From positions 1-64,000 of the forward strand of contig CBDAOB010000001.1 of the NCBI GenBank assembly GCA_965197905.1: a stretch of 64,000 nucleotides of DNA. The letters run 5' to 3'. Positions within the stretch are counted from its first letter, which is position 1. Every line of letters begins with the position of its first letter. Below are positions 32,917 to 43,355 of the stretch, in pieces. This DNA is from Candidatus Latescibacterota bacterium (GTDB lineage Bacteria > Latescibacterota > UBA2968 > UBA8231). A program made the position numbers and the translations under genes. Under the pieces are notes generated by a model. The model searched no databases, was not told the origin of the DNA, and saw nothing but the letters and a program-made list of their open reading frames with translations.

Positions 32917-33486
32917 ATGAAGACTGATATTACTTTTCGGGCCCTATTGCTGTTCGCGCTTGGGATTATCCCCAACACCGCGGCGCCCAGCAGCCAGGAT
33001 CCTGCCCCCAGCCCCCAATCCTCCAGTGACGGCGCGATTCTGCCTCAGGCGGCGCAGGATATCGAAAACATCTGCGCTCTTCTGGAGATGCCCTCGCTGG
33101 CCATGCAGAAAACCAACACCCCCAGAGTCTCGGTGACCACACAGGGAGGCGCCGTCTTGTACAATCCGTATGTCCTGACCAACGCGGCTTACTGGGGTGG
33201 CCCATGGGCGCACATAGGATTGCTGGCGCGGGAAGTAGGTCGACTCGCGGCCCCACAGACCAGCTGCCTGCAAGGCGATGGCGAGGCACTTACGGAGAAC
33301 CAAAAAGCGGACTTCGTTGCCGGGTTTGTTCTTGGCCGCATGGGGGCCTCGCTGGAGGAGGCTCAGCAAGCCGTGGAAGCCGCCACCCCTCCGGGTGCGA
33401 ATCGGTCCGTTCGTGCCGAGCAACTGCTGGCGGTCGAGCGGGGTTGGCAAAGGGGACAGTCTGAAAGGATGAGAGCGCCGGGTTAA
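32917..33486 (+). CDS. Secreted zincin-like protein with degenerate HExxH
   Basis: Signal peptide; LYNP..WA..LLAREVGR..ADF.AGFVL..MGASLEEAQ..GW. Confidence 0.6.
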   Translation: MKTDITFRALLLFALGIIPNTAAPSSQDPAPSPQSSSDGAILPQAAQDIENICALLEMPSLAMQKTNTPRVSVTTQGGAVLYNPYVLTNAAYWGGPWAHIGLLAREVGRLAAPQTSCLQGDGEALTENQKADFVAGFVLGRMGASLEEAQQAVEAATPPGANRSVRAEQLLAVERGWQRGQSERMRAPG

Positions 33487-35358
33487 GACCCGAGCGCGGC
33501 GCGAACCTTGTGCGCCAGATCGTTGTGATCGAACGGCTTTTGCACCACCATCTCCGCCTTCATGAACTCTTCGTCCACCATGGAGTACCCGGTAAGGATA
33601 AGCACGCGGACCTGTGGATCTATGCTACGCAATTCGGCCAAAACTTCCCTGCCCGACATGCCCGGCATTGACAGATCCAACATGATCAGCGAGATCCGTT
33701 CGCGGTGCTCCTTGAAGATGGCCAACCCTTCCATTCCGTCGACCGCTTCCATGACGTTGTAACCGCTGTTCTCCAACATCCTGCCAGTCACTTTTCTAAC
33801 CATCGCCTCATCTTCAACCACCAAGATCGTCTCCGAACCCGTGGGCCCATCCGTGGTCGCGTGCATATCGTCGCCACCAATCGCCTGCGTCGTCGCCGGC
33901 AGGTAGACCGAGAATGTCGTGCCTTCGCCAAGTTTGGTATCGCACGTTACCCACCCACCATGTTGCTGGGTTATTCCATAAACCGTTGAAAGACCCAGGC
34001 CGGTGCCCTCATCCACACTGCAGCATGTTGTTGAAGTTGTGCGCGATGCCCGCGGTGAGCTCGCCTACCGCCTCCATTTTTTGCGCCTGGCGCAGCTGCT
34101 CTTCCAGCCGCTTGTGTTCGGTGACATCCACCGCCATCGACCGGGTAGCGACGAACTCTCCTGCCGAATCCCTGATGGGCCTCACCGTAATACTGACCCA
34201 TCGAGTGGTGGTCCCCTCCGGCCGCAGGATTTCGAGCTCTTCATCGCGGACCTCGTGGCCGGTGAGGATGCTCTGGAAAAGGCGTCTCGCCTTCGTTTTG
34301 CCGGAGGGAGTGTCGGCGTAGAGATCGAGTAGGTGTCGACCGATGAGCTCGGGCGCCGGATAGCCGGTGAGTTCGGTGCAGCTCTTGTTAGCCCTGACTA
34401 GACGGCCGTCCAGGCCGACGGAGTAATAGGCGATCGGTGCGTTCTCGTAGAGATCGTGGTACTCCTCCTCCCGTTGGAGCGAGGTCTCACGCGCATCTTT
34501 TTCGGCGGTGACGTCCCGTCCAATGCCCACCAGCCCAATGGCGTTGCCGTGTTCATCGTGCAACGGCATTTTGGTGGTCGAGAACCAGTGTGTCTCACCG
34601 TCTCGATCGACCACCGGCTCTTCCACGTTTACGAACGCTTTTCTCGAGCGCAGAATCTCTACCTCGGCCAGGCGATAACGCTCGGCCATTTCCAATGGAT
34701 GGAAATCGAAATCGGTTTTTCCGATGAGATCTTCCCGGCGCTGCACCGCCATGTGGGGAACCATCGCGCTATTCGCGACCAGGAAACGGCCTTCGGTGTC
34801 CTTGAAATAGATGACATCCGGCATGGCGTCGATGAGGGTGCGCAGCATGTTGCGTTCCTCTCGCAGCTCCTCCGTGCGCTCGCCGACCGTCTTCTCGAGC
34901 TCCTGCGTCGCTCTTTCGGAGGCAGCTTCCGCTACCCTGAGCTCGGTAACATTTTCGAATACGGCGGCGACGTTGCGCGCGCCCAGCGGCACCAGGCGAA
35001 CGGAGTAGGTGCCTTGGGGAACCACGCTGTCACCGTACTGAAAATCGGGAAGCACCTGGACGCGCCCGGTCCGGATGGCCTCGACATATTTGGAGGGTCC
35101 TTCGGTCTCCATGAAGTCCGGAAACGCCTCGCGGAGGGTCTTGCCTTGCAGAAACTCGAAGGAGAGGTTGGCTAAGCGTTCAGCCGCGGAATTCAGGAAG
35201 AGGAATCGGAACGACCCGGGATCGTCGGGGTTTTCCTGATGCCAGACCGAAACGCCGCTGGGGAGACGATCCACGAGTCGACGATGGAGCTCGAAGGTCC
35301 CGCTCAAATCTCCTGTGCTGTCTGTTTGCGGCTTTTCGGACTTGGGCCGATCCGACAT
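33483..35358 (-). pseudogene. Hybrid histidine kinase (3 PAS, HisKA, HATPase, REC) with large internal deletion at ~34017
   Basis: QAQKMEAVGELTAGIAHNFNNMLQ is joined out of frame to VDEGTGLGLSTVYGI; the REC domain (ILVVEDE, LDLSMP) follows. Confidence 0.88.
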
Positions 35359-35431
35359 CGGCGGGGCCTCCGGAAATAAATCGCACTGCCATTGAGGCAA
35401 CGGCAGTGCGACATTTCTTGGATGGGCTTTT

Positions 35432-36892
35432 TTAAAGTGCTTTGCGGTACCTTTGCGAGTTTATTCCAAGTTGATCTCTGTATTTTGCGACCGTGCGACG
35501 GGCTATCTGCAAGCTCTCTTTGCTGAGGATATCGGCGATCTCTTGATCGCTGAGTGGCTTGGTTTTGTCTTCGTCTTCGATCAGACGGGATATGCGCTCT
35601 TTGACACTGCGGGCGGACACATCTTCACCGCTGTTGGTGCTGACCTTGCTATCGAAGAAGTACTTGAGCTCGAACACCCCGTGTGGGGATTGCATGTATT
35701 TGCCGTTACTGACTCTGCTGATGGTCGAGACGTGCATCTCGACGGCATCTGCTACGTCTTGCAGTACCATCGGTTTCAGATGTGCAGGTCCGTGCTCGAA
35801 GAAAGGCATCTGCATTCTAACGATGTAGTTGGCCACCTTGAGCATGGTTGTTCGCCGTTGATGGATGGCGTTTATCAACCAACGAGCATCGTTCAGCTTC
35901 TTTGTTACATAGGTTTTCACCTCGTCCTTGCCGTTGCGCCGCGAGTCCTTGAGTAACTGAGAATAGGAGCTGTTGATACGCAGGGAAGGCAGGGTTCCAT
36001 CGCTCAGGCTGACCACCCATTCTTCTCCGACCTTCTCGACGATTATGTCCGGCGTTATGTAGCTGACCTCCGTATCCAGTGTAAGCAGACCCGCATAGTC
36101 GCTACTGCTGGGCGAACCGGGGTACGGTTGCAGGTTCTCGATAAGGTCCAGGGCGTCGCGAAGATCATCCTCCGAAATGCCCAGCGCCCGGGTTATGCGC
36201 GTGAAGCGACGCTTTGTCAGATCCTCCATGTGGTCGCGCACGATCTCCAGAGCGAGAACCCGGCGTTCGTCTTCGAGCAAGCGCAACTGCAGCATGAGAC
36301 ATTCACGAAGATCGCGGGCGGCCACGCCCGGCGGATCAAAACCTTGAATGACTCCCAGTACCTCTTCGATCTCCTCAGTTGGCAGATTGAGATTCTCGAT
36401 GAGGTCCTCGACGGAACACCCCAGGTATCCCTTCTCGTCGAGATTTCCGATGATGAACTCGCCGATCTCGACCTGTGGTTCGGTCAGATCGCCAAGCACC
36501 AGCTGTTCGCGCAGCTGATCTACAAGAGGAGGAATAACCGTGATCCGGTTCTCCTGCGGTTCCCGGTCGGTTTCCCAATTCGGATCGTATTCCGTGCGTT
36601 CACTATTGTAGGAGCCCTGATCGAACTGGTCTTCCAGCAGCGCATCCCAGTCGATCTGCTCCATGTCCTCCGGCAGCTCCTCCTCTTCCTTCAAGCCGTC
36701 ATCAGCATCCGCCTCGGCGTCCTGGGAGTTCTCCTCCTGCTCCATCCCCTCCTCGAGCATTGGATTCAACTCCATCTGCTGCTTGATCTCCATCTCCAGC
36801 TCGAGAGTGGACATCTGCAGCAGCTGCAGCGATTGAATCAGCTGCGGCGCCATTTTCTGCTGCAGACTCAGATTTTGTGAGATGCGAAGCAT
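35432..36892 (-). CDS. rpoN: RNA polymerase sigma-54 factor
   Basis: Gln/Leu-rich region I, HVSTISR and the RpoN box ARRTVAKYR. Confidence 0.97.
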   Translation of the reverse strand: MLRISQNLSLQQKMAPQLIQSLQLLQMSTLELEMEIKQQMELNPMLEEGMEQEENSQDAEADADDGLKEEEELPEDMEQIDWDALLEDQFDQGSYNSERTEYDPNWETDREPQENRITVIPPLVDQLREQLVLGDLTEPQVEIGEFIIGNLDEKGYLGCSVEDLIENLNLPTEEIEEVLGVIQGFDPPGVAARDLRECLMLQLRLLEDERRVLALEIVRDHMEDLTKRRFTRITRALGISEDDLRDALDLIENLQPYPGSPSSSDYAGLLTLDTEVSYITPDIIVEKVGEEWVVSLSDGTLPSLRINSSYSQLLKDSRRNGKDEVKTYVTKKLNDARWLINAIHQRRTTMLKVANYIVRMQMPFFEHGPAHLKPMVLQDVADAVEMHVSTISRVSNGKYMQSPHGVFELKYFFDSKVSTNSGEDVSARSVKERISRLIEDEDKTKPLSDQEIADILSKESLQIARRTVAKYRDQLGINSQRYRKAL

Positions 36893-36987
36893 CGCGATAG
36901 TTTATCGATTCTGTATATCGTTGTTTTTAATTACTTTATATGAAGAGAACCCGAAGTCCGCCATTCAAAGCAATTCGCATACCAGTA

Positions 36988-37017
36988 ATAATAACTCCGT
37001 TTTCGATCGCATGTCAA
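36988..37017 (-). promoter_or_regulatory. Sigma70-like promoter for rpoN
   Basis: TTGACA-N18-TATTAT in an AT-rich intergenic region. Confidence 0.4.
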
Positions 37018-37081
37018 GCTCCTGTATTGGAGACGAGCGAAGGTGTCGTTCAGCGCTGATTGGATCGGTTGATGAGCGGTT

Positions 37082-37804
37082 TCAACCCATTTGAAAGCGG
37101 TCGCCGAGATAGGCTAGTCGCACCTTGGGGTCATTGATCAGCTCACTTGCCGTCCCCGAGGTCAGTATCTTGCCATCGACGATAATGTAAGCGCGATCGG
37201 TAATCTCCAGGATCTCGCGCACATTGTGGTCGGTGATCAGTACACCCAACCCCTTGCGTTTGAGGTCCGCGACAATATTCTGGAGATCTTCGACGGTCCG
37301 TGGATCGATACCGGCAAACGGCTCATCGAGAAGCATGTACCTAGGCTGTATTGCCAGCGCCCTCGCAATCTCGACCCGGCGGGTCTCGCCGCCCGATAGG
37401 GTATCGGCCGACTGCTGTGACATCGACTCGAGATCCAGCTCAGCCAGGAGTTCGGCAAGCCTCCGCCTCAGCTCCTGCCCACCGAGCTTATTGGATTCGA
37501 GGACCGCCCTAATGTTCTGCTCTACGGTGAGCTTGCGAAAAATGGAGGTCTCCTGAGGCAGGTAGCCGATTCCCCGCAAAGCCCTGCGATACATCGGGAG
37601 ATCGGTTATATCTTCATCGTCGAGAAATATGTGGCCGGAGTCCGCCCTAACGAAACCCACGATGCTATAGAACGTCGTCGTCTTTCCGGCTCCGTTGGGT
37701 CCCAGCAAACCTACGACTTCTCCCGGATCGACGGTCACACTGACCCCATCGACGACCCTTCGATTGCCGTACGACTTACACAGGGTTTCGGTTCCGAGTG
37801 CCAT
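37082..37804 (-). CDS. lptB: LPS export ABC ATPase
   Basis: GPNGAGKTTTFY, LSGGE.RRVEIAR, LLDEPFAGIDP and LITDHNVRE; located upstream of rpoN. Confidence 0.95.
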   Translation of the reverse strand: MALGTETLCKSYGNRRVVDGVSVTVDPGEVVGLLGPNGAGKTTTFYSIVGFVRADSGHIFLDDEDITDLPMYRRALRGIGYLPQETSIFRKLTVEQNIRAVLESNKLGGQELRRRLAELLAELDLESMSQQSADTLSGGETRRVEIARALAIQPRYMLLDEPFAGIDPRTVEDLQNIVADLKRKGLGVLITDHNVREILEITDRAYIIVDGKILTSGTASELINDPKVRLAYLGDRFQMG

Positions 37805-37809
37805 TCCTG

Positions 37810-39639
37810 TTACTCTTTGGCTTTTTCCAGAGGATAATATCGCCCCTTGATCGAGTCGAGCAGTCTGACGGCAGCTAGCTCCCCTTGAGAAAACTCGATC
37901 ACCAGCCGTTCTCCTTCTACCCGATTCATGGAGGCGCCGTCATCCGTTTCCTCGTCGGGAATGCGCGACACCACTGCCGCGTTGCCACGCACGTAGACGC
38001 GCTGCATGAGACGATTCTCAAACTCCATCGTCATCTCGGTACCCGAAAACCGGCTGATCTCCTCCGCGCCCAGTTTGCGATGTGTCACCTCGGCTCCGCC
38101 GCGCAGCTCGACGCTCTCCAGCTCATCCTCCCGCAGAAACAAGCTACCGGCCAACGCCTAAATCCAGTTTATTCGGCTCGCCCCGCCACCAATGGAACCC
38201 GCCAGAAAAGTCGGAATCTGGACCTCCACCGGCTTTCCGTTTTCGAGCTCGACCACCATCGAATCCGCCTGGACGAAGCTAACGATCGAATCCGCCATCG
38301 CCCGCATCCGGAAATCAACATCCCCAGCCAGCGTCAGCCGATTCTTCGAGTCTTCGAACAACCCCGACGCCGCGGTTGCCGTGGCCTCCGCCGACACCGA
38401 CCGGAAGGAACCATCGCAATCAAGCACCTCGCCGTTCAGATCTGCCGCGATCGTTTGGGCACTAATCGACATGTGGCTGCCATCCCCCCGCTCCCGCTGA
38501 AAGGAGGGACTCTTTTTCAGCGTGGCCTTCCCGTCGCGGACAGCATAACGCAGATCGCCGCCGCTGGCCACTCCATGCATTTCGGGAAGATTCAATCGAA
38601 ACGATCCCTCGACGGCAACGCTATCGGCTTCCCTGTCATAGATCAGCCGCGCGGACGTAAGGGTCTTAGCCCCGTCTCGAAACGAGACGCTATCGGTTGC
38701 CTGCAGAATGCCGGTTGAACGGTTGTAGGACAACAAGCTGGCGGCCACGAAACGCTCACCGCTTCGAAATTCAGCCGGATCACCTCGAAACGATTCCGCA
38801 TCACCCTCCTTCGAAAATTCAGCCGCGTCAATGGAAATGCTGTCGCTATCAAGCGTCACCGTGCCCGCTGCCTTGAAGCGACGATGGCGCAGATCATAGT
38901 CCAACTGTCCGGCCTCGAAGCGATGGGACGAGTCGGATCCGCTCACGCCTCCCTCCAACCGCAGCGCACCTCGGTTCTCATCGTAGAAAGCGCGCTCGCC
39001 GTTCATATCCAAACCGGCGAACCTTGCGCTCAAGTCCTCGTAGGATACGGCGATCTCTCCGTGGCGACGGCGGCCCAGCTGCCTGGCGGCGGTTACGGAG
39101 AGCGAGTCCTCGTCGATCCGCCACAACTCCCGCGTTCGTTCGAGGGACCAATCCGTGAGCCGCAGATCAGTTTTCATGTTGGCTCCCGCGACCCTGCCAC
39201 GCTGTAAACGCATGTCGACCGATTGCGGAATCCTGAACTCACCTGCCTCGCGATCCCATAGGAGAGAATCGGCTCGTACCTGCAAGCTATCCCCCGCGAC
39301 GAGTTCGACCGTTCCAGCAAGTGAGAGGAACGACGGATCGAATTCCATGCGTGCAGCCCGAACGCGGGAGAGCAGAACGTCATCACTCTGGATGAATGAG
39401 ATAGAAGCTCCACTGTCAGCTACGGTGCGCCGCCCGATTACCTCCAGGAACGGAGTGCTGATCTCGACCCGCAGGTCGGGCTCGGCAATGTTCAACCGCA
39501 GTCCCCAGGCCTGCCGGTCGGCTCGGGGAGGCACTGGCACCTCGATCTGTTTTTCCCGGTCCAACGGGATGCAGCCCGAGTGAAGCCACGCGGATTCAAA
39601 AAGGATTAGGAGGGTAATTTGGAAACAGAAAAGCCGCAT
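37810..39639 (-). CDS. Multi-domain LptC/LptA (OstA beta-jellyroll) lipoprotein; in-frame TAG at 38158-38160
   Basis: Lipobox-like LHSGC, repeated 'ADSL.YD...L.G.V' strands, position before lptB. The two ORFs share one frame (WI*ALAGSL). Confidence 0.75.
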
Positions 39640-39693
39640 GGTAGCGTCGACAAACCTGTCTGGGCCGCGGCCGAGCCCTGGTGCTCGGCTCGA

Positions 39694-41478
39694 TCAGGAG
39701 GCGTTGACTTGGGCGGCCTCGGCGTTGAGGCGCTCCTCCTGATATGAGAGTGCAGCTTCAACGAAACCCGCAAACAGCGGCGCCGGATTGTCCATGCGGG
39801 ATTTGAACTCGGGATGGGCTTGGGTGGCGACGAAATATCGATGATCGCCGAGCTCTAGAAATTCCATCAGCCGGGTGCCATCGAGTCTCCGGTGGTATCC
39901 CGAAAAGACCAGACCTGCATCCTCGAGCAGCTCGACGAATCTAGCCGAAATCTCGTATCGGTGGCGATGCCGCTCCAGGACAACCTTGTCGTGACCTTCC
40001 ATGATCTGTCCGACGCGAAAGGCCTGGTCCGGGTTATCGAGAAGCTGACGAATGCGCCGTGCATCCTCTTCGAGACGACCGGACTCCTCATACAGACGCA
40101 CGACCTTGCTCTCGCGCTTCAAGACCGCGGCGTAAGCTCCCAGACGCATGCTGCCACCGTACCGGTTCGCCGCCAACGTCTTCTTCTGGTTTTCCTGGAC
40201 GCTGACAACCTGGAATTCGGAACTGGTCTCGAATTCGGCTGAAGTCGCTTGCGGGATGCCGGCAACATTACGCGCATATTCGACAACGGCCAGTTGCAGT
40301 CCGTAACAGAGCCCGAGAAACGGGAGGCCGTTTTCGCGGGCAAACTGAATGGCTGCGATCACACCTTCGGCTCCACCGCCACCGAACGCCCCGGGCACGA
40401 TGATGCCGCTGAAGCGCTCCAGCTCCTCGATTGCCATCTCTCCGTTTTCGAATTTGTTGCCGTCGATCCACGTGATGTCCACCGTGGCATCGCAGCCGAC
40501 GCCGGCATGTACCAGCGATTGATTCACCGAGAGGTAGGAATCGGTAAGCTGAAACTCGCCGGTCTCCACATACTTGCCGACCATGGCGATCTTGACTCTG
40601 CTCGCGGGCTCGCGACTGTTGAGAAGCAGCTTCTCCCAGAAGCTCCATTCTGGGTCCTTGCGCGGTTCGATCCCCAGTTTCGTCATCAACTTGGAGCCGA
40701 AGTTTTCGGCTTCGAGTTCTAGCGGAATGTCGTATATGGTCTCCATATCAGGCGCGGAAATTATGTGCTCCGCCGGAACATTGGCGAAAATCTCGATCTT
40801 CTTTTTGCGCACCTCGTCGATGCGGGTAGCAGCACGGCAGACGATGAAATCGGGAAATATGCCGTGTTCACTCAGCATCCTGATAGCCTGCTGCGTCGGT
40901 TTGGTTTTCATCTCCCCGACGTGCGGGGGAACGGGCAGATAGGTGATCAGTACATAGGCGAAATGTTCTTTACCTATGTCCCGTTCCAGCGCCTTTACAG
41001 CAAACAGAAAAGGTTCGTTTTCGTAGTCACCCACCGTGCCGCCGATTTCCACGAGCACGATATCGTACCCATCGGCGGCATTGCTAATCCGTCGCTTGAT
41101 CTCGTCGGTAATGTGGGGAATCGGCTGGACCGTCTGCCCCAGATACTCGCCGTTTCTCTCTCGCTGAATGACCGCATGATAGACCTGACCGGTGGTGAGG
41201 TTGTTCTCGCGGGGCAGATCGACGCCGAGAAAACGCTCGTAGTTGCCCAGATCCTGGTCGATCTCACCACCGTCATCGGTGACCCAAACTTCCCCGTGTT
41301 CGGTGGGACGCAGCGTGCCCGCGTCGAAGTTGATGTACGGATCGATCTTGACGGCAGTGGTCTGGTAGCCGTACTGCTGCATGATCTTGCCCATAGAAGC
41401 GGTGGTCAGGCCTTTGCCGACTCCGCTCATTACACCGCCTGTCACTACGATATATTTGGGTCCTGCGTAATCTTCCAC
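39694..41478 (-). CDS. pyrG: CTP synthase
   Basis: VTGGVMSGVGKG, KTKPTQ, GLCYGLQ, ERHRHRYE and QAHPEF. Confidence 0.97.
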   Translation of the reverse strand: MEDYAGPKYIVVTGGVMSGVGKGLTTASMGKIMQQYGYQTTAVKIDPYINFDAGTLRPTEHGEVWVTDDGGEIDQDLGNYERFLGVDLPRENNLTTGQVYHAVIQRERNGEYLGQTVQPIPHITDEIKRRISNAADGYDIVLVEIGGTVGDYENEPFLFAVKALERDIGKEHFAYVLITYLPVPPHVGEMKTKPTQQAIRMLSEHGIFPDFIVCRAATRIDEVRKKKIEIFANVPAEHIISAPDMETIYDIPLELEAENFGSKLMTKLGIEPRKDPEWSFWEKLLLNSREPASRVKIAMVGKYVETGEFQLTDSYLSVNQSLVHAGVGCDATVDITWIDGNKFENGEMAIEELERFSGIIVPGAFGGGGAEGVIAAIQFARENGLPFLGLCYGLQLAVVEYARNVAGIPQATSAEFETSSEFQVVSVQENQKKTLAANRYGGSMRLGAYAAVLKRESKVVRLYEESGRLEEDARRIRQLLDNPDQAFRVGQIMEGHDKVVLERHRHRYEISARFVELLEDAGLVFSGYHRRLDGTRLMEFLELGDHRYFVATQAHPEFKSRMDNPAPLFAGFVEAALSYQEERLNAEAAQVNAS

Positions 41479-41491
41479 GAACGCTCCTGAT

Positions 41492-41524
41492 AAAGAAAAA
41501 ACGGCGGCAGTTGCCTGCCGCCGT
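41492..41524 (-). terminator. Intrinsic terminator between gatC and pyrG
   Basis: acggcggcag-GCAA-ctgccgccgt followed by tttttcttt. Confidence 0.8.
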
Positions 41525-41526
41525 GG

Positions 41527-41814
41527 TCACTCAATTACCTTGGGCACTCGGTAGTACGACTCCTGCCGCTGTGGCGCCGAAGCAACCATCGCCTCGGGAT
41601 CGGGGAACTCGACCACCTCATCGGTACGAAACGCGTTGGCGATGGGCACCACATGGGAAGTGGGTTCTACCTCATCGGTGTCGAGCTCGTTCAACTTCGC
41701 CATGTAGTCGAGAATGCGATTGAACTCGAGCGTCAACCTCTCTTCTTCCGCGGCATCGAACTCCAACCTGGCAAGAGCCGCAACCACACGCACGTCTTCT
41801 ACTGTAACTGACAT
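41527..41814 (-). CDS. gatC: Asp/Glu-tRNA amidotransferase subunit C
   Basis: VAALARLE..ILDYM.KLNELDT..VEPTSH..YYRVPKVIE. Confidence 0.95.
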   Translation of the reverse strand: MSVTVEDVRVVAALARLEFDAAEEERLTLEFNRILDYMAKLNELDTDEVEPTSHVVPIANAFRTDEVVEFPDPEAMVASAPQRQESYYRVPKVIE

Positions 41815-41939
41815 AATTTCAATATGTTAGGATAGCCCATGGAGGGGCATTCGGCGCGCTTTGCGGGCCGTTCTAATATGCCGCAATCACCACCCAGGCG
41901 CAAGGTAATTGTAACCTCCTTTTTCAACGAAGAGGATGC

Positions 41940-41968
41940 TTGATGGGGCACAAACCTTAACGTATAAT
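41940..41968 (+). promoter_or_regulatory. Sigma70 promoter
   Basis: TTGATG-N17-TATAAT, ending ~86 nt before the DUF2203 gene. Confidence 0.65.
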
Positions 41969-42054
41969 ACGACCTTCTTCAGCCGCCGACTGCCGTTCGG
42001 AGCGGTCTTTCGTGAGTCATTCTCTGCTACAACTGATCCGATCGGAACCCTGAC

Positions 42055-42537
42055 ATGGCCCGCAAGGCATTTACGGTCGAAGAAGCCAACATCATGCTGC
42101 CCGAGCTCGAAGAGATCCTCCTCTCGATCGATTCGAAGAAGGGAGAAATTGCCGAGAATGTGAAACAGTTGCAGATCCTCGACGCGCTGTGGGGCGAGCT
42201 TGTTGCCGCCGAGAACAATCCTGATCACTCGGAGTTCGTAGGGCACCGACGTACTGTTTCCGCAACCTACGAGGCAATCGAAGAGGTGGTCCACGAGGAG
42301 CTGTTGGGTCGCGGTCTGCGTTTTCCGGCAGGCGGGCTGGAGCACGGGCTCGTGGATTTTCCGAGCACTTTCAACGGTCGGTGGGTCTACCTGTGTTGGC
42401 AACGGGGCGAAGACCGGGTAGGATTCTGGCACGAGATCGACGGCGGTTACGGTGGGCGCCACGAGATCTCGGATTTGGAGTCCGCGGTCATGGGCACCGA
42501 GTATCCGCTACCCGACGACTCGTCACTCGATTTTTGA
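42055..42537 (+). CDS. DUF2203 family protein
   Basis: FTVEEAN.MLP and GLVDFP....VYLCW..GE..V.FWHEIDGGY.GR. Confidence 0.88.
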   Translation: MARKAFTVEEANIMLPELEEILLSIDSKKGEIAENVKQLQILDALWGELVAAENNPDHSEFVGHRRTVSATYEAIEEVVHEELLGRGLRFPAGGLEHGLVDFPSTFNGRWVYLCWQRGEDRVGFWHEIDGGYGGRHEISDLESAVMGTEYPLPDDSSLDF

Positions 42538-43305
42538 CAGCACCAGGCGGGCGGCCTCGACGGCATCTCCGAACACGATTTCGAACGATTGACAACGCTC
42601 AACCAAAGCCCCGATCAAGTCTGGCCCTTCCTGCTCCCACAATTCGAGATTAAACGATTGCTCGAGAATTCGTTCCGCCGCAGCTGCTTCACCCAAGGGA
42701 GAGCAACGAGGTTCGCAACCCCGCTGAAAATCGGGAAACAGTAGTGTTGCCGCCTCGGTTGGGGCCGGCGTGGGTAGGGTTGACAGATCTCCTGGAGGAA
42801 CGAAGGAGTAACCTTCGAACCTGGCAAACGGCAGGCTCGATGCTCCTGCCTCCGGGAATTCCGACTGGGTCCCCTGATGGACGATGAAATCGCGGGGAAA
42901 AGCGTGTACGCACAGGGTGGCTGGGTCGATGAGGGCGATCTCATCCGTCAGTGGGCGGGCACCCAACCGGGCGAACCCGATTACCAGAGAGGTCTTGCCG
43001 CTGTCTGGAGGTCCGACCATCAAGATGGCGGCCCCGGCCGACACCGTCGCCGCCGCGTGGATTTGCAGGTAATGGCCGAGCCCCGCCATTGCGGCTTCCG
43101 TGAGACTCCACTCGACCTGGCTGAAGAAGGTGGGGAGATCGTCGGACGTGCAGAGATCGACGCCATCCTGGACCATGGCGAATCGACCGCTCCGATTCTC
43201 GAGTTCGAAATAGGCTTGCGGCAGCCCGCTACCGACCCTGGCCGCGCGATACAACCCGCGTGCCATTTGATCTAGCCGCGGATCGTCGCCGCCCACGGCA
43301 AACAC
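42523..43305 (-). CDS. HPr-kinase-related P-loop protein
   Basis: IHAAA..G.AI...GPPDSGKTSL..LTDEIALID; the start may lie slightly upstream. Confidence 0.75.
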   Translation of the reverse strand: MFAVGGDDPRLDQMARGLYRAARVGSGLPQAYFELENRSGRFAMVQDGVDLCTSDDLPTFFSQVEWSLTEAAMAGLGHYLQIHAAATVSAGAAILMVGPPDSGKTSLVIGFARLGARPLTDEIALIDPATLCVHAFPRDFIVHQGTQSEFPEAGASSLPFARFEGYSFVPPGDLSTLPTPAPTEAATLLFPDFQRGCEPRCSPLGEAAAAERILEQSFNLELWEQEGPDLIGALVERCQSFEIVFGDAVEAARLVLSKIE

Positions 43306-43355
43306 GAAGTCAGCGATCGCATAAAGCAGCTGCCAGCGATCAGCGGCATTCGCAG

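Noticed and set aside
38158..38160. Pyrrolysine or amber recoding
   Set aside because: No pyl genes are seen and TAG is a normal stop in other genes here; a base error is simpler.
42523..43305. Lasso-peptide/RiPP cluster around the HprK-like kinase
   Set aside because: No PqqD/RRE, cyclase, peptidase or precursor gene is adjacent.
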